Source: Macrostomum lignano | Lineage: Eukaryota | DNA: 64,000 nt | Assembly: GCA_002269645.1 (NCBI GenBank) | Contig: NIVC01002925.1 | Coordinates: 62,001 to 126,000 of the forward strand | Reading direction: 5' to 3' | Shown: positions 1-11,700 of the stretch, one piece after another | Layout of the letters: the number at the start of each line of letters is the position of its first letter | Numbering within the stretch: position 1 is the stretch's first letter | Position numbers and translations under genes: made by a program | Notes under the pieces: generated by a model | Database searches by the model: none | What the model was told of the DNA's origin: nothing | What the model saw: the letters and a program-made list of their open reading frames with translations, nothing else

Positions 1-34
1 AAGCCCGAGCAGCCGTCTGCTTCTCCTGTTGCAG

Positions 35-96
35 GAACGGAAGAGTATAATGAGATCTCGGACTTGCCAACAGCTGCTGGAGTACACGTGACCTGA
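35..96 (+). CDS. Possible terminal exon of an upstream gene (xTEEYNEISDLPTAAGVHVT*)
   Basis: Pyrimidine tract plus CAG acceptor (cttctcctgttgcag) ending at 34, a stop-free frame to TGA at 94-96, and AATAAA near 200. No recognisable homology. Confidence 0.3.
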
Positions 97-1414
97 TGCA
101 GCCCGACTGTCTAAAGGCTTGAGCTGTTCAACTTATTTTCTGACAGTTAAATCTCAATGTGATAAGCTGAACTTCTTATAAAATTCTGAATCCCAGTGAA
201 ATAAAGTCCTCGACATGTATTTTGACCAAAAGCACGAACAACATTGCAGGCTGAAACCATTTTATTATCGATCGCCTGACTCACCCGAACCCCCACCCCG
301 CGCTAGCAAAGTACATTCAGCGAGTGACAGACATCAAAACAACTCTGCAACCCAGCACCCACCCCCGGCGTGCACGCAGGCCAAGTTACCACAGCCAGTC
401 AATTAGCAATCGTCCTTCCGTCTTTTGCTCCTTGTAAAAACGAATTATTCATTTTATACACTCAGCAACCATAGAATCGTCATGTAAAAAATCGTAGAAT
501 CGTCATGTAAACAATCATGGAATCGTCATGTAAAAAATCGTAGAAGCGTCATGTAAACAATCATAGAAGCGTCATGTAAAAAATCGTAGAAGCGTCATGT
601 AAACAATCATAGAAGCGTCATGTAAAAAATCGTAGAAGCGTCATGTAAAAAATCGTAGAAGCGTCATGTAAAAAATCGTAGAAGCGTCATGTAAACAATC
701 ATAGAAGCGTCATGTAAACAATCATAGAAGCGTCATGTAAAAAATCGTAGAAGCGTCATGTAAACAATCATAGAAGCGTCATGTAAAAAATCGTAGAAGC
801 GTCATGTAAACAATCATAGAAGCGTCATGTAAACAATCATAGAAGCGTCATGTAAAAAATCGTAGAAGCGTCATGTAAACAATCATAGAAGCGTCATGTA
901 AACAATCATAGAAGCGTCATGTAAAAAATCGTAGAAGCGTCAAGTAAAAAATCGTAGAATCGTCATGTAAAAAATCGTAGAAGCGTCATGTAAAAAATCG
1001 TAGAAGCGTCATGTAAAAAATCGTAGAAGCGTCATGTAAAAAATCGTAGAAGCGTCAAGTAAAAAATCATAGAATCGTCATGTAAAAAATCGTAGAAGCG
1101 TCAAGTAAAAAATCATAGAATCGTCATGTAAAAAATCGTAGAAGCGTCATGTAAAAAATCGTAGAAGCGTCATGTAAAAAATCGTAGAAGCGTCATGTAA
1201 AAAATCGTAGAAGCGTCAAGTAAAAAATCATAGAAGCGTCATGTAAACAATCATAGAAGCGTCATGTAAACAATCATAGAAGCGTCATGTAAACAATCAT
1301 AGAAGCGTCATGTAAAAAATCGTAGAAGCGTCATGTAAACAATCATAGAAGCGTCATGTAAAAAATCGTAGAATCGTCATGTAAAATATCGTAGAAGCGT
1401 CATGTAAACAATCA

Positions 1415-3641
1415 CCCGTATAAAACGAAACGGTCACAAAAAGGGGCTGTGACCGTTCCACTTGTTACCGTGGTCTGTAATGCTTGTGACCGTTTATTGT
1501 GACCGTTCATGTTCATGATAATAAGGTAACATGATACCGTTCATAGTTACCATATATGTGACCGTTTGTTCAGGGTCACATGTGACCGTTCAATGTGACC
1601 GTATTTTGTGACCGTTTTGCCTAGGGTAACTATGTTACTGTTTACTTTTGCCATATTTTGTGACCGTTTTGCTTAGGGTAACTATGTTACTGTTTACTTT
1701 TGCCATATTTTGTGACCGTTTTGCTTAGGGTAACTATGTTACTGTTTACTTTTGCCATATTTTGTGACCGTTTTGCTTAGGGTAACTATGTTACTGTTTA
1801 CTGTTACCATATTTTGTGACCGTTTTGCTTAGGGTAACTATGTTACTGTTTACTGTTACCATATTTTGTGACCGTTTTGTGATCTTGTGTGTTTTTTCTG
1901 ACTATCGATCAACAGTATGTGCAAAATAATGTGCAAATAAGTAACAGGGAATACAAATCAGCAGTAATATATTAGATGTGAAGTAACCAGTAATTGCGGC
2001 AATTAAGCTTTATATACGCAAAGCGCGCTATTATTAAAATGCATTATTATATGGTACATAGCGATCGCAGAAGTGCGCCAAAAAGAAGTAGTTGAATTAG
2101 TGGGACATCGCAGAAGTGCGCCAAAAAGAAGTAGTTGAATTAGTGGGACATCGCAGAAGTGCGCGACCAAAAGTTAAGCAGTTTTAGAAACCCATTGTAC
2201 TGCGACGTTTAGGTTTAGTTTAGCTTTGTTTAGTTTAGCACAATGATATGTTGCATACACAAATTTCTCCCTCCCACTCTCTCCATTTTCTTTCATTATT
2301 CCCGATAAGATCAGAAAAAGCCCAGTAAATAATAAAATGCCCGAAATGGCTGCATTTCAGTCTGGTACACTTCGACTCATGGATTTGCAGATGGATGAGA
2401 GGCTGCAGCTTCGTCGTCATTGTAGCTTTCGGTAGCTTCGCTGGCATCGCCGGCTTCACTGGCAGTTTCGCTGGCATCGCCGGCTTCACTGGCAGTTTCG
2501 CTGGCAGAGCTTTCGGTAGCTTCACTGGCATCGCCGGCTTCACTGGCAGTTTCGCTGGTGGAGGCTTCGCCGGTAGATGGCGGTTGTGAAGTAGCTTCGC
2601 CGGTAGATGGCGGTTGTGAAGTAGCTTCGCCGGTAGATGGCGGTTGTGGAGTACCTTCGCTACCGATGTCGTCGTCTGGATGACGGCGCTTATTACCACG
2701 ATTCGTCTGTGGATTTCCAATGGCGGCGCCCATTGCAGTCGTTCCAGATTGCAACCACTGTTGTCGCCTTTGAAATAGAAGCTGCACTGTCTTGCGTTCT
2801 CGAAATCGTTTCACTCTTAAACGATTCATAATGGCGCGGCGTTGCTGGTCTTCCATGATAGAGATTTTTGTTCTTAATGATTCTTATCCTCTGCAAAAGT
2901 GGCAAACGTTCATGAGAAATTAGTCAGTTGCTTCGTGGGTTACCGTCACTTCTCCTTATATACTGATTTGAAAGAGAACGTATCCCTGGGCATAGGTAAT
3001 AAATTTGCTTCCCTATTCATAACTATCACTTGTCCATACCTAACTATATATAACTGGGTATCCATGTGACCTATTTCAGGAGAGGCTACTCTGTAAAATT
3101 GTAAAGTAAAAATTCAGGCAACAATAACACGTGCGTCGCGCCGCACTCAAATGAGGCAACATAGTAGCAGCCTATTATGCAATGAAGACGACAACAGTTG
3201 GTAGAAAGCGACAAGTAGTAAACTCCACAACAGAACAAAACGGTCACAAAATACGGTAACAGTGAACGGTAACATGTGACCCTGAACAAACGGTCACAAA
3301 ATACGGTCACATTGATCGGTAACATGTGACCCTAAACAAAACGGTCACAAAATACGGTCACATTGATCGGTAACATGTGACCCTGAACAAACGGTCACAA
3401 AATACAGTCACATTGAACGGTCACATGGTTACCCTAAACAAAACGGCCACAAAATACGGTCACATTGATCTGTAACATGTGACCCTAAACAAAACGGTCA
3501 CAAAATACGGTCACATTGAACGGTCACATGGTTACCCTGAACTAAACAGTCACAAATACGGTAAAAAATGGTAACTGGTGACCGTAACGGTAAAAAAACA
3601 CGGTAACAGCCCCTTTTTGTGACCGTTTCGTTTTATACGGG
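1415..3641. mobile_element. Non-autonomous TIR DNA transposon, probably CACTA/CMC-EnSpm type (2227 bp)
   Basis: Perfect 36-bp TIRs (cccgtataaaacgaaacggtcacaaaaaggggctgt); 3-bp TSD TCA at 1412-1414 and 3642-3644; many subterminal TGTGACCGT motifs, direct at the left end (including 52-bp tandem units near 1600-1880) and inverted at the right end. No transposase seen. Confidence 0.85.
2377..2856 (-). CDS. 159-aa ORF inside the CACTA-like element (basic N-terminus, then acidic S/T/E/A repeats); coding status uncertain
   Basis: ATG-started ORF from the track: NRLRVKRFRERK, then QPPSTGEATS x3 and ETASEAGDAS repeats. No domain recognised. Confidence 0.35.
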   Translation of the reverse strand: MEDQQRRAIMNRLRVKRFRERKTVQLLFQRRQQWLQSGTTAMGAAIGNPQTNRGNKRRHPDDDIGSEGTPQPPSTGEATSQPPSTGEATSQPPSTGEASTSETASEAGDASEATESSASETASEAGDASETASEAGDASEATESYNDDEAAASHPSANP

Positions 3642-4159
3642 TCATAGAAGCGTCATGTAAACAATCATAGAATCGTCATGTAAAAAATCGTAGAAGCGTC
3701 ATGTAAAAAATCGTAGAAGCGTCATGTAAACAATCATGGAATCGTCATGTAAAAAATCGTAGAAGCGTCATGTAAAAAATCGTAGAATCGTCATGTAAAA
3801 AATCGTAGAATCGTCATGTAAAATATCGTAGAAGCGTCATGTAAACAATCATAGAAGCGTCATGTAAAATATCATGGAAGCGTCATGTAAACAATCATAG
3901 AATCGTCATGTAAAAAATCATGGAAGCGTCATGTAAACAATCATAGAATCGTCATGTAAAAAATCGTAGAAGCGTCATTTAAAAATCATAGAATTGCGTC
4001 ATGGTTCCACTCTCCAGAGAGATGAATTTTTCTTACGGCATACTTACGCAACTTACGGCATAACGGCACGCGCGCGAAGCTTATTGCCACTTAGGGGTTG
4101 TCCAGGATGACGGCACACCAAGCCGATGCTAGTAGTCAACTGAAGGAACTGCCTTCCTG

Positions 4160-4345
4160 AAGACTTCCTAAAACGCAGCATTCGAAAATAAATCCACCAC
4201 AGAATGTGGCGGAGCTGCGTCATGTCATTGAAAACGCTTGGCAGCAGCTTCCCCAGGACTTTCTGCGCCGCCTCATCCTGGGGATGCCCCGCAGAATCGC
4301 CGCACTTCTGCGTGAGGGGATCCCACACGCGTTATCGCAATTCTA
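4160..4345 (+). pseudogene. Tc1/mariner transposase C-terminal remnant
   Basis: With two small frameshifts the plus strand reads LKRSIRK.NPPQNVAELRHVIENAWQQLPQDFLRRLILGMPRRIAALLR.RGSHTRY, matching the Tc1 ending P.N..EL...I...W..IP...I..LI.SMPRR..A.I...G.HT.Y. Confidence 0.75.
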
Positions 4346-5796
4346 ACTGCATATTGCATAAAGAATAAATTGTTATGATTTCGTTCGAGTGACGTATATT
4401 ACTGATTCAATCAACTTTCCCTTCCTCGCGGCGACTTAGTTGCGTAACTTGGGGGTTGGATTGTGAGTGAGTGAGAAGTTGTCGCAATTAGTTAGAAAAT
4501 TTTCATCTTCATCTTGCTTTGGGGGTGAAATTTTTGACTGTTACTGAATACTGAGTATAATTTTAGCAAGCGCTACTACATTCAAGTTCGTGTTCAGAAA
4601 TTTTCACTGCATCTACTGCAAGGCCAGTTCCCGATTCGCAGGAGTCCAGTTTTGCACCTGATCCGGGCCCCACCTAGCTGCTTTTACACTAGAAATCAGT
4701 CAGCTGATGAGACCATCTACAGAGATGCCACTAGCTAAGGTTTTTCCACTCTAAAAACAGGAGCCAAGCAGACGGCGGGTTTCACTGGTTCGCAGTGCAG
4801 CTGAAAGAGCCAGCGATGATCAGCTCTGTGACTGTGAAGGGCAGAGAGGAACAGCCGCTCACTTAACTGGGGACACAGCTTTATCTTCACATAAAGTGCC
4901 AAGATCAGTGAATTTAATGCCCAAAGTGGCCGGTTAAATGTTCACTCAGATTATAGAACAGAACTCCAGCTACACCGTGAGCTGCTCGCTGCACTGCGAA
5001 CGCTCGGATGTGAGATGTCGGATGCAGGGATCTGGGATCACGACTACCCTCAATGTCAGCTAAATTTTGATGGACCTTCCAAGGTCGTCCGAGGCTGCCT
5101 CCGAGACCATCAGCCGCCGGCAGCGAGTACGAAGTCATGACTGACGCCCGCATCATCGCTGACCTTTTCTGCCTCCCTCCCCGATGTCTTACCGCCGTGC
5201 TTGGTAATTGTCAATATTGTCAATCAAACTGAACTATTGTCAATATCTGACCAATCAGAGGTTATTCATAGGTGAGAACTGGCTCAGCCGGCACGAAAAG
5301 TATCTGGTACAAGCTTTGAAATTTTTTCAACAATTATATTGCGCAACTTTCGAGCGATTGCTAACATAAAAATCGCTTCAAAATCGTTGCACGCTACTTG
5401 TTAGTAAGCGATGTCTGTACGAATAAACGAAGGTGAACAGTTAAAAAAACAGATAAAAGTACATTCTTGATTTAAAAAGCTAAAGACAGGAAAATATGAT
5501 AAAATTATTGTAGAATGCTGGTAGCAAGGCGCTTGAAGAATTAGAAATATTGAAAACGAAAAAGCCTTAACAAGGGTGGGTTGATGCGCATACAAATAGG
5601 TGAGATTCGAACACAACTCGTAGCAATAGGTCAGGGTCTGTTTTTTTAGTTCTTCGTCGTTGTGAACTAGTGCCTTCAGTCCACTGGGAGGTGTCCTCAC
5701 CTGTAGACGCACAACACAATAAAGTTTTCCATTTTCTCCGAAAGTAAAGAAATTCGTTTAGCATTCTTATCTTGCTACTGTTCAGTAGACGATTTC

Positions 5797-8700
5797 TTAG
5801 TCTATCTGCCGTGTTGAACTCTTCTCAATGCCGTTCGGCTCAGTAAAGATTGCCTGCACATCGTTATGCAGGAAACTGTAGATGTCCTGCAGGCTGATTC
5901 TGGCAACATGGTCTGGCTCCCAGCAGCGCTGCACCAGGCCCTGCAGACGTGGCGGCACCGAATCCAATGGCAGCAGGTACTTCTGCGGCTTCTTTTTCAC
6001 GTACTCGACCAGATGCAAGGGTCCATTGTCCCTGGAAGGGTTGACGTAGAATGCCTCCAGCACTGGAATATGGCTGAACATCTCCCATATGAGGGTGCCG
6101 AAGCTCCAGCTGTCTGTGGTTGGGTAGATCTTAGTCTGCAAGTCCGTGGGCGGCAGGATGTACATGGGGAACTTTCGGTTGTCCTTCGGCAAGGTGTAAT
6201 ACAGGTACTCGGCATCAGCTCGCTTCTGAAACATCCCGGACAGACCGAAGTCGCCAATCTTCAGCCTGGGCGGCCCGGGGCTCAGGTTCTCCATCAGCAC
6301 GTTGCGGGCAGCCAGGTCGCAGTGGAACACTCCGTAATCGGAAAGAAACCTCATGCCCTGCAGTCGACGGGGGTTCACATGCTCTGCGTCTCTTGTGCCG
6401 GCCTATGCTTGCTAATCCATCTGTATCCCTAATCTATCCATGCTAATCTCTAATCTATCCGTGTTAATCCCTAATCTATCCATGCTAATCCCTAATCTAT
6501 CCGTGTTAATCCCTAATCTATCCGTGTTAATCCCTAATCTATCCGTGTTAATCCCTAATCTATCCATGCTAATCTCTAATCTATCCGTGTTAATCCCTAA
6601 TCTATCCGTGTTAATCCCTAATCTATCCATGCTAATCTCTAATCTATCCGTGTTAATCCCTAATCTATCCGTGTTAATCCCTAATCTATCCGTGTTTATC
6701 CCTAATCTATCCGTGTTAATCACTAATCTATCCATGCTAATCCCTAATCTATCCATCCTAATCTCTAATCTATCCGTGCTAATCTCTAATCTATCCGTGC
6801 TAATGCTTAATCTATCCATGTTAATCCTAATCTATTCGTGCTAATCCCTAATCTATCCATGTTAATGCCTAATCTATCCATGTCAAATGCCTAATCTATC
6901 CATGTTAATGCCTAATCTATCCATGTTAATGCCTAATCTATCCATGTTAAATGCCTAATCTATCCATGTTAAATGCCTAATCTATCCATGTTAAATACCT
7001 AATCTATCCATGTTAAATGCCTAATCTATCCATGTTAATGCCTAATCTATCCATGTTAAATGCCTAATCTATCCATGTTAAATGCCTAATCTATCCATGT
7101 TAATGCCTAATCTATTCATGTTGATGCCTAATCTATCCATGTCAAATGCCTAATCTATCCATGTTAATGCCTAATCTATTCATGTTGATGCCTAATCTAT
7201 CCATGTCAAATGCCTAATCTATCCATGTTAAATGCCTTATCTATGTGCATTAGTTCCGAATCTATTTATTTTAATCGCTAATATATGTGTTAATCCCTCA
7301 TCTATCCACTATCTGTGCTCATAAATCCCTGCTAATGTCTAATTTATCATGCAGAGCTAATCAAATTATGAAAAGGTATCAGCTAATCCCTTAAAAGCCT
7401 TGGGATTCTACTTCTCCATATCCCTATGCGGCTATTCCCACTCCAAAATCGATCTACCAAGCGGCTCACACTGGCAATCTGCCGCAGAAAGTCGAGTGCC
7501 CGGCCGTTAGGACTGCACAGCTCGGAGCGGTGGCTGGCCAGGTATTTGTCCAGCGCCATCTCCATGTAAGGAGTGATGAGCTGCTGCTCACCTGGGGGCA
7601 GGTGTTGGATGGCGCTGCTGCTTGCTGGGAATACTCACTCACTCTGACATACATGCGCAACCTTGGGAATCACTCGGCCGTTTCTATTGGCAACACACAC
7701 ATGTAAGTCGCTATTGGCTGAGAGCAGTCACGTGACTACTATTCCGTCCAATAGCGACTTACATGCGTGTGTTGCCAATAGAAACGGCCGGGTGAATCCC
7801 TAGGTTGCGCCCAAGCATGTCACTCACCCACTCACTCACTCACTCACTCACTCACCCACACACTCACATACCAACTCACTCACTCACCCACACACCAACT
7901 CACTCACTCACTCACCAACTCACTCACTCAACCACACACCCACACACCAACTCACTCACTCACCCACTCACTCACCCACACACCAACTCACTCACTCACC
8001 CACACACTCACTCACCCACACACCAACTCACTCACTAACCCACACACCAACTCACTCACTAACCCACACACCAACTCACTCACTAACCCACACACCAACT
8101 CACTCACTAACCCACACACCAACTCACTCACTAACCCACACACCAACTCACTCACTCACCCACTCACCCACACACCAACTCACTCACTCACCCACGCACC
8201 AACTCACTCACTCACCCACTCACCAACTCACTCACCCACGCACCAACTCACTCACTCACCCACGCACCAACTCACTCACTCACCCACGCACCAACTCACT
8301 CACTCACCCACTCACCAACTCACTCACTCACCCACTCACTCACTCACCCACACACCAACTCACTCACTCACCCACTCACTCACTCACCCACTCACTCACC
8401 CTCCGAAACCTTCAGCAGCTCCAGTATATTCTCGTGCTTCGGCAGACTCGCCTGCGTGAGGACCTCCTTGACGAATTGGCTGTTGGAGGCGTCGCTGCGG
8501 AGTGTCTTGACGGCCACGCTGACCCTGCGGCCGTTGAGCTGCAGGGAGCCGCGCACTACGGAGCCAAAGCAGCCGGAGCCCAGCTTTTCGCCGGTGAGCA
8601 GCAGATCGGACGGATTGAACTGCAGGTGCTGCGGGATCTCGGACACGCCCAGGCACTGGCCGTCGGACTCGCTGGGCAGAGGCAGCGGACAGCCCACGGG

Positions 8701-11700
8701 AAGCACAGGGTGATGGAGGACTTCACGAATCTCTGAAGGCACAAGGTTTGCAATTTGGTTGTCTGTACATATACAGCTTGCTTACTGCCTACTGCTCAGC
8801 GTACCGTATGACTCACTGCCTACCCAACATGCTCACTGCCTACCCAACACGCTCACTGCCTACCCAACACGCTCACTGCCTACCCAGCACACTCACTGCC
8901 TACCCAACATGCTCACTGCCTACCCAACATGCTCACTGCCTACCCAACATGCTCACTGCCTACCCAACATGCTCACTGCCTACCCAACATGCTCACTGCC
9001 TACCCAACATGCTCACTGCCTACTACTCAGCGGAACGTATCTGACTCACTGCCTACCCAACATGCTCACTGCCTACCCAACATGCTCACTGCCTACCCAA
9101 CATGCTCACTGCCTACCCAACATGCTCACTGCCTACCCAACATGCTCACTGCCTACCCAACATGCTCACTGCCTACCCAACATGCTCACTGCCTATCCAA
9201 CATGCTCACTGCCTACCCAACATGCTCACTGCCTACCCAACACGCTCACTGCCTACCCAACATGCTCACTGCCTACCCAACATGCTCATTGCCTACCCAA
9301 CATGCTCACTGCCTACCCAACATGCTCACTGCCTACCCAACATGCTCACTGCCTACCCAACATGCTCACTGCCTACCCAACATGCTCACTGCCTACTACT
9401 CAGCGAAACGTATCTGACTCACTGCCTACCCAACATCCTCACTGCCTACTACTCAGCGAAACGTATCTGACTCACTGCCTACCCAACATGCTCACTGCCT
9501 ACCCAACACGCTCAACTAGCGCTCACTTGTCTTATCCAGAGCATTGGTCTCCGCAACCAGCTCGAGCAGACAGGCCTCCTCGTTGCCCTGCGGAGCAGCC
9601 TTTGCCTTGACCAGCCGCATCACTGGCAGCAGTAGGTTGCATTCGCCGCAGGCGCTCGCCTCTCCATGACTATCATTGCACAGCAGTTCATCGTACAAGC
9701 AGTGGTGCAGCTTGTTCAAGTCGTTGGCAACAGACTCCTGCGTCGAAGCCGGACAAGCAAGGTCGCACAGCCGGACATTAATGGCGTTAGAGTCCAGGTA
9801 GTCGATCAAGATGTTCGACAGCTTGATGTTGTTGTGGTGCCTACTGTCCGACTGCAGAGTTCAATGCGTTCATGTGCACCACAATGAACACCAATACACT
9901 CCTGTACACCCCAATGAGCACCAATGCACTCCTGTACACCCCAATGAGCACCAATGCACTCCTGTACACCCCAATGAGCACCAATGCACTCCTGTACACC
10001 CCAATGAGCACCAATGCACTCCTGTACACCCCAATGAGCACAAATGCACTCCTGTACACCCCAATGAGCACCAATGCACTCCTGTACACCACAATGAGCA
10101 CCAATGCACTCCTGTACACCCCAATGAGCACCAATGCACTCCTGTACACCCCAATGAGCACCAATGCACTCCTGTACACCCCAATGAGCACAAATGCACT
10201 CTGTACACCCCAATGAACACAAATGCACTTTGTACACCCCAATGAACACAAATGCACTCCTGTACACCCCAATGAAGGAGTCCTATAAGCGCCACTTACA
10301 CAGGTCTGCCTGAGCAGGTACAGGAGTGCGCTGAGACACTGCCTGAGCATGCTGACCAGGTGAGCAACAGTGAAGTGAACTTTGCGCTGCCTGCTGGCGA
10401 GCAGAGTGGCACAGGAGGCGAGTCGCAGCTCTGAGATGATGCCAAACTCAGGCTCCAGGGTGAGCGCCAGCACCGGGTTGATGTGAGCGCAGTTCAGGCG
10501 GCAGGACTGGCTGGCGAGGGACATCAGGCGCCGCGTCTTCGCGAAGTTATTGAACTCCGGGGAGGAAGGCGGGGAGTTCAAAGGCAAATATATCTTATGG
10601 AATTACAGCCCCGTTCTTTCGTGATCCTATCTCCCCTGCTCATGATCCATTCCCCTGCTCATGATCCCATCTCCCCTGCTCATGATCCCATCTCCCCTGC
10701 TCATGATCCCGTCTCCCCTGCTCATGATCCCATCTCCCCTGCTCATGATCCCATCTCCCCTGCTCATGATCCCATCTCCCCTGCTCATGATCCCATCTCC
10801 TCTGCTCACGATCCCATCTCCCCTGCTCATGATCCCATCTCCCCTGCTCATGATCCCATCTCCCCTGCTCATGATCCCATCTCCCCTGCTCATGATCCCA
10901 TCTCCCCTGCTCATGATCCCATCTCCCCTGCTCATGACCCCATCTCCCCTGCTCATGATCCCATCTCCCCTGCTCATGATCCCATCTCCCCTGCTCATGA
11001 TCCCATCTCCCCTGCTCATGATCCCATCTCCCCTGTTCATGATCCCATCTCCCCTGCTCATGATCCCATCTCCTCTGCTCATGATCCCATCTCCCCTGCT
11101 CATGATCCCATCTCCCCTGCTCATGATCCCATCTCCCCTGCTCATGATCCATTTCCCCTGTTCATGATCCCATCTCCCCTGCTCATGATCCCATCTCCCC
11201 TGCTCATGATCCCATCTCCCCTGCTCATGATCCCATCTCCCCTGCTCATGATCCCATCTCCCCTGCTCATGATCCCATCTCCCCTGCTCATGATCCCATC
11301 TCCCCTGCTCATGATCCCATCTCCCCTGCTCATGATCCCATCTCCCCTGCTCATGATCCCATCTCCCCTGCTCATGATCCCATCTCCCCTGCTCATGATC
11401 CCATCTCCCCTGCTCATGATCCCATCTCCCCTGCTCATGATCCCATCTCCCCTGCTCATGATCCCATCTCCCCTGCTCATGCTTCAATTACCCGCGCACA
11501 GATTACACACAGTACACAAATCACAAAGTTAAATTGATTTCCAAGCAACTTTCGCAGCTTACCGACGGAATTCGCTTGAGCACAAGCCGGCTAGGAAGGT
11601 GAAACTTGTTGATCGTGAGGCTGATCCTCACAACTGTTTAGAGTGCATTTTGGCAATTTTCGTTTAAATTGGAGAAGTTAAGAAATGTAAAAAAAGGAAG

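Larger units (their letters stand above)
470..3992. repeat. 23-bp minisatellite (cgtcatgtaaaaaatcgtagaag and variants), split in two by a TIR element
   Basis: Tandem units at about 470-1414 resume at 3642 to about 3992 in the same register once the inserted element and one TCA copy are removed. Confidence 0.95.

Noticed and set aside
5560-5712. Kinase alphaE-like peptide (TLTYCYELCSNLTYLYAHQP) downstream of the JAK stop
   Set aside because: No catalytic-loop continuation or linked exons found; similarity is too weak.
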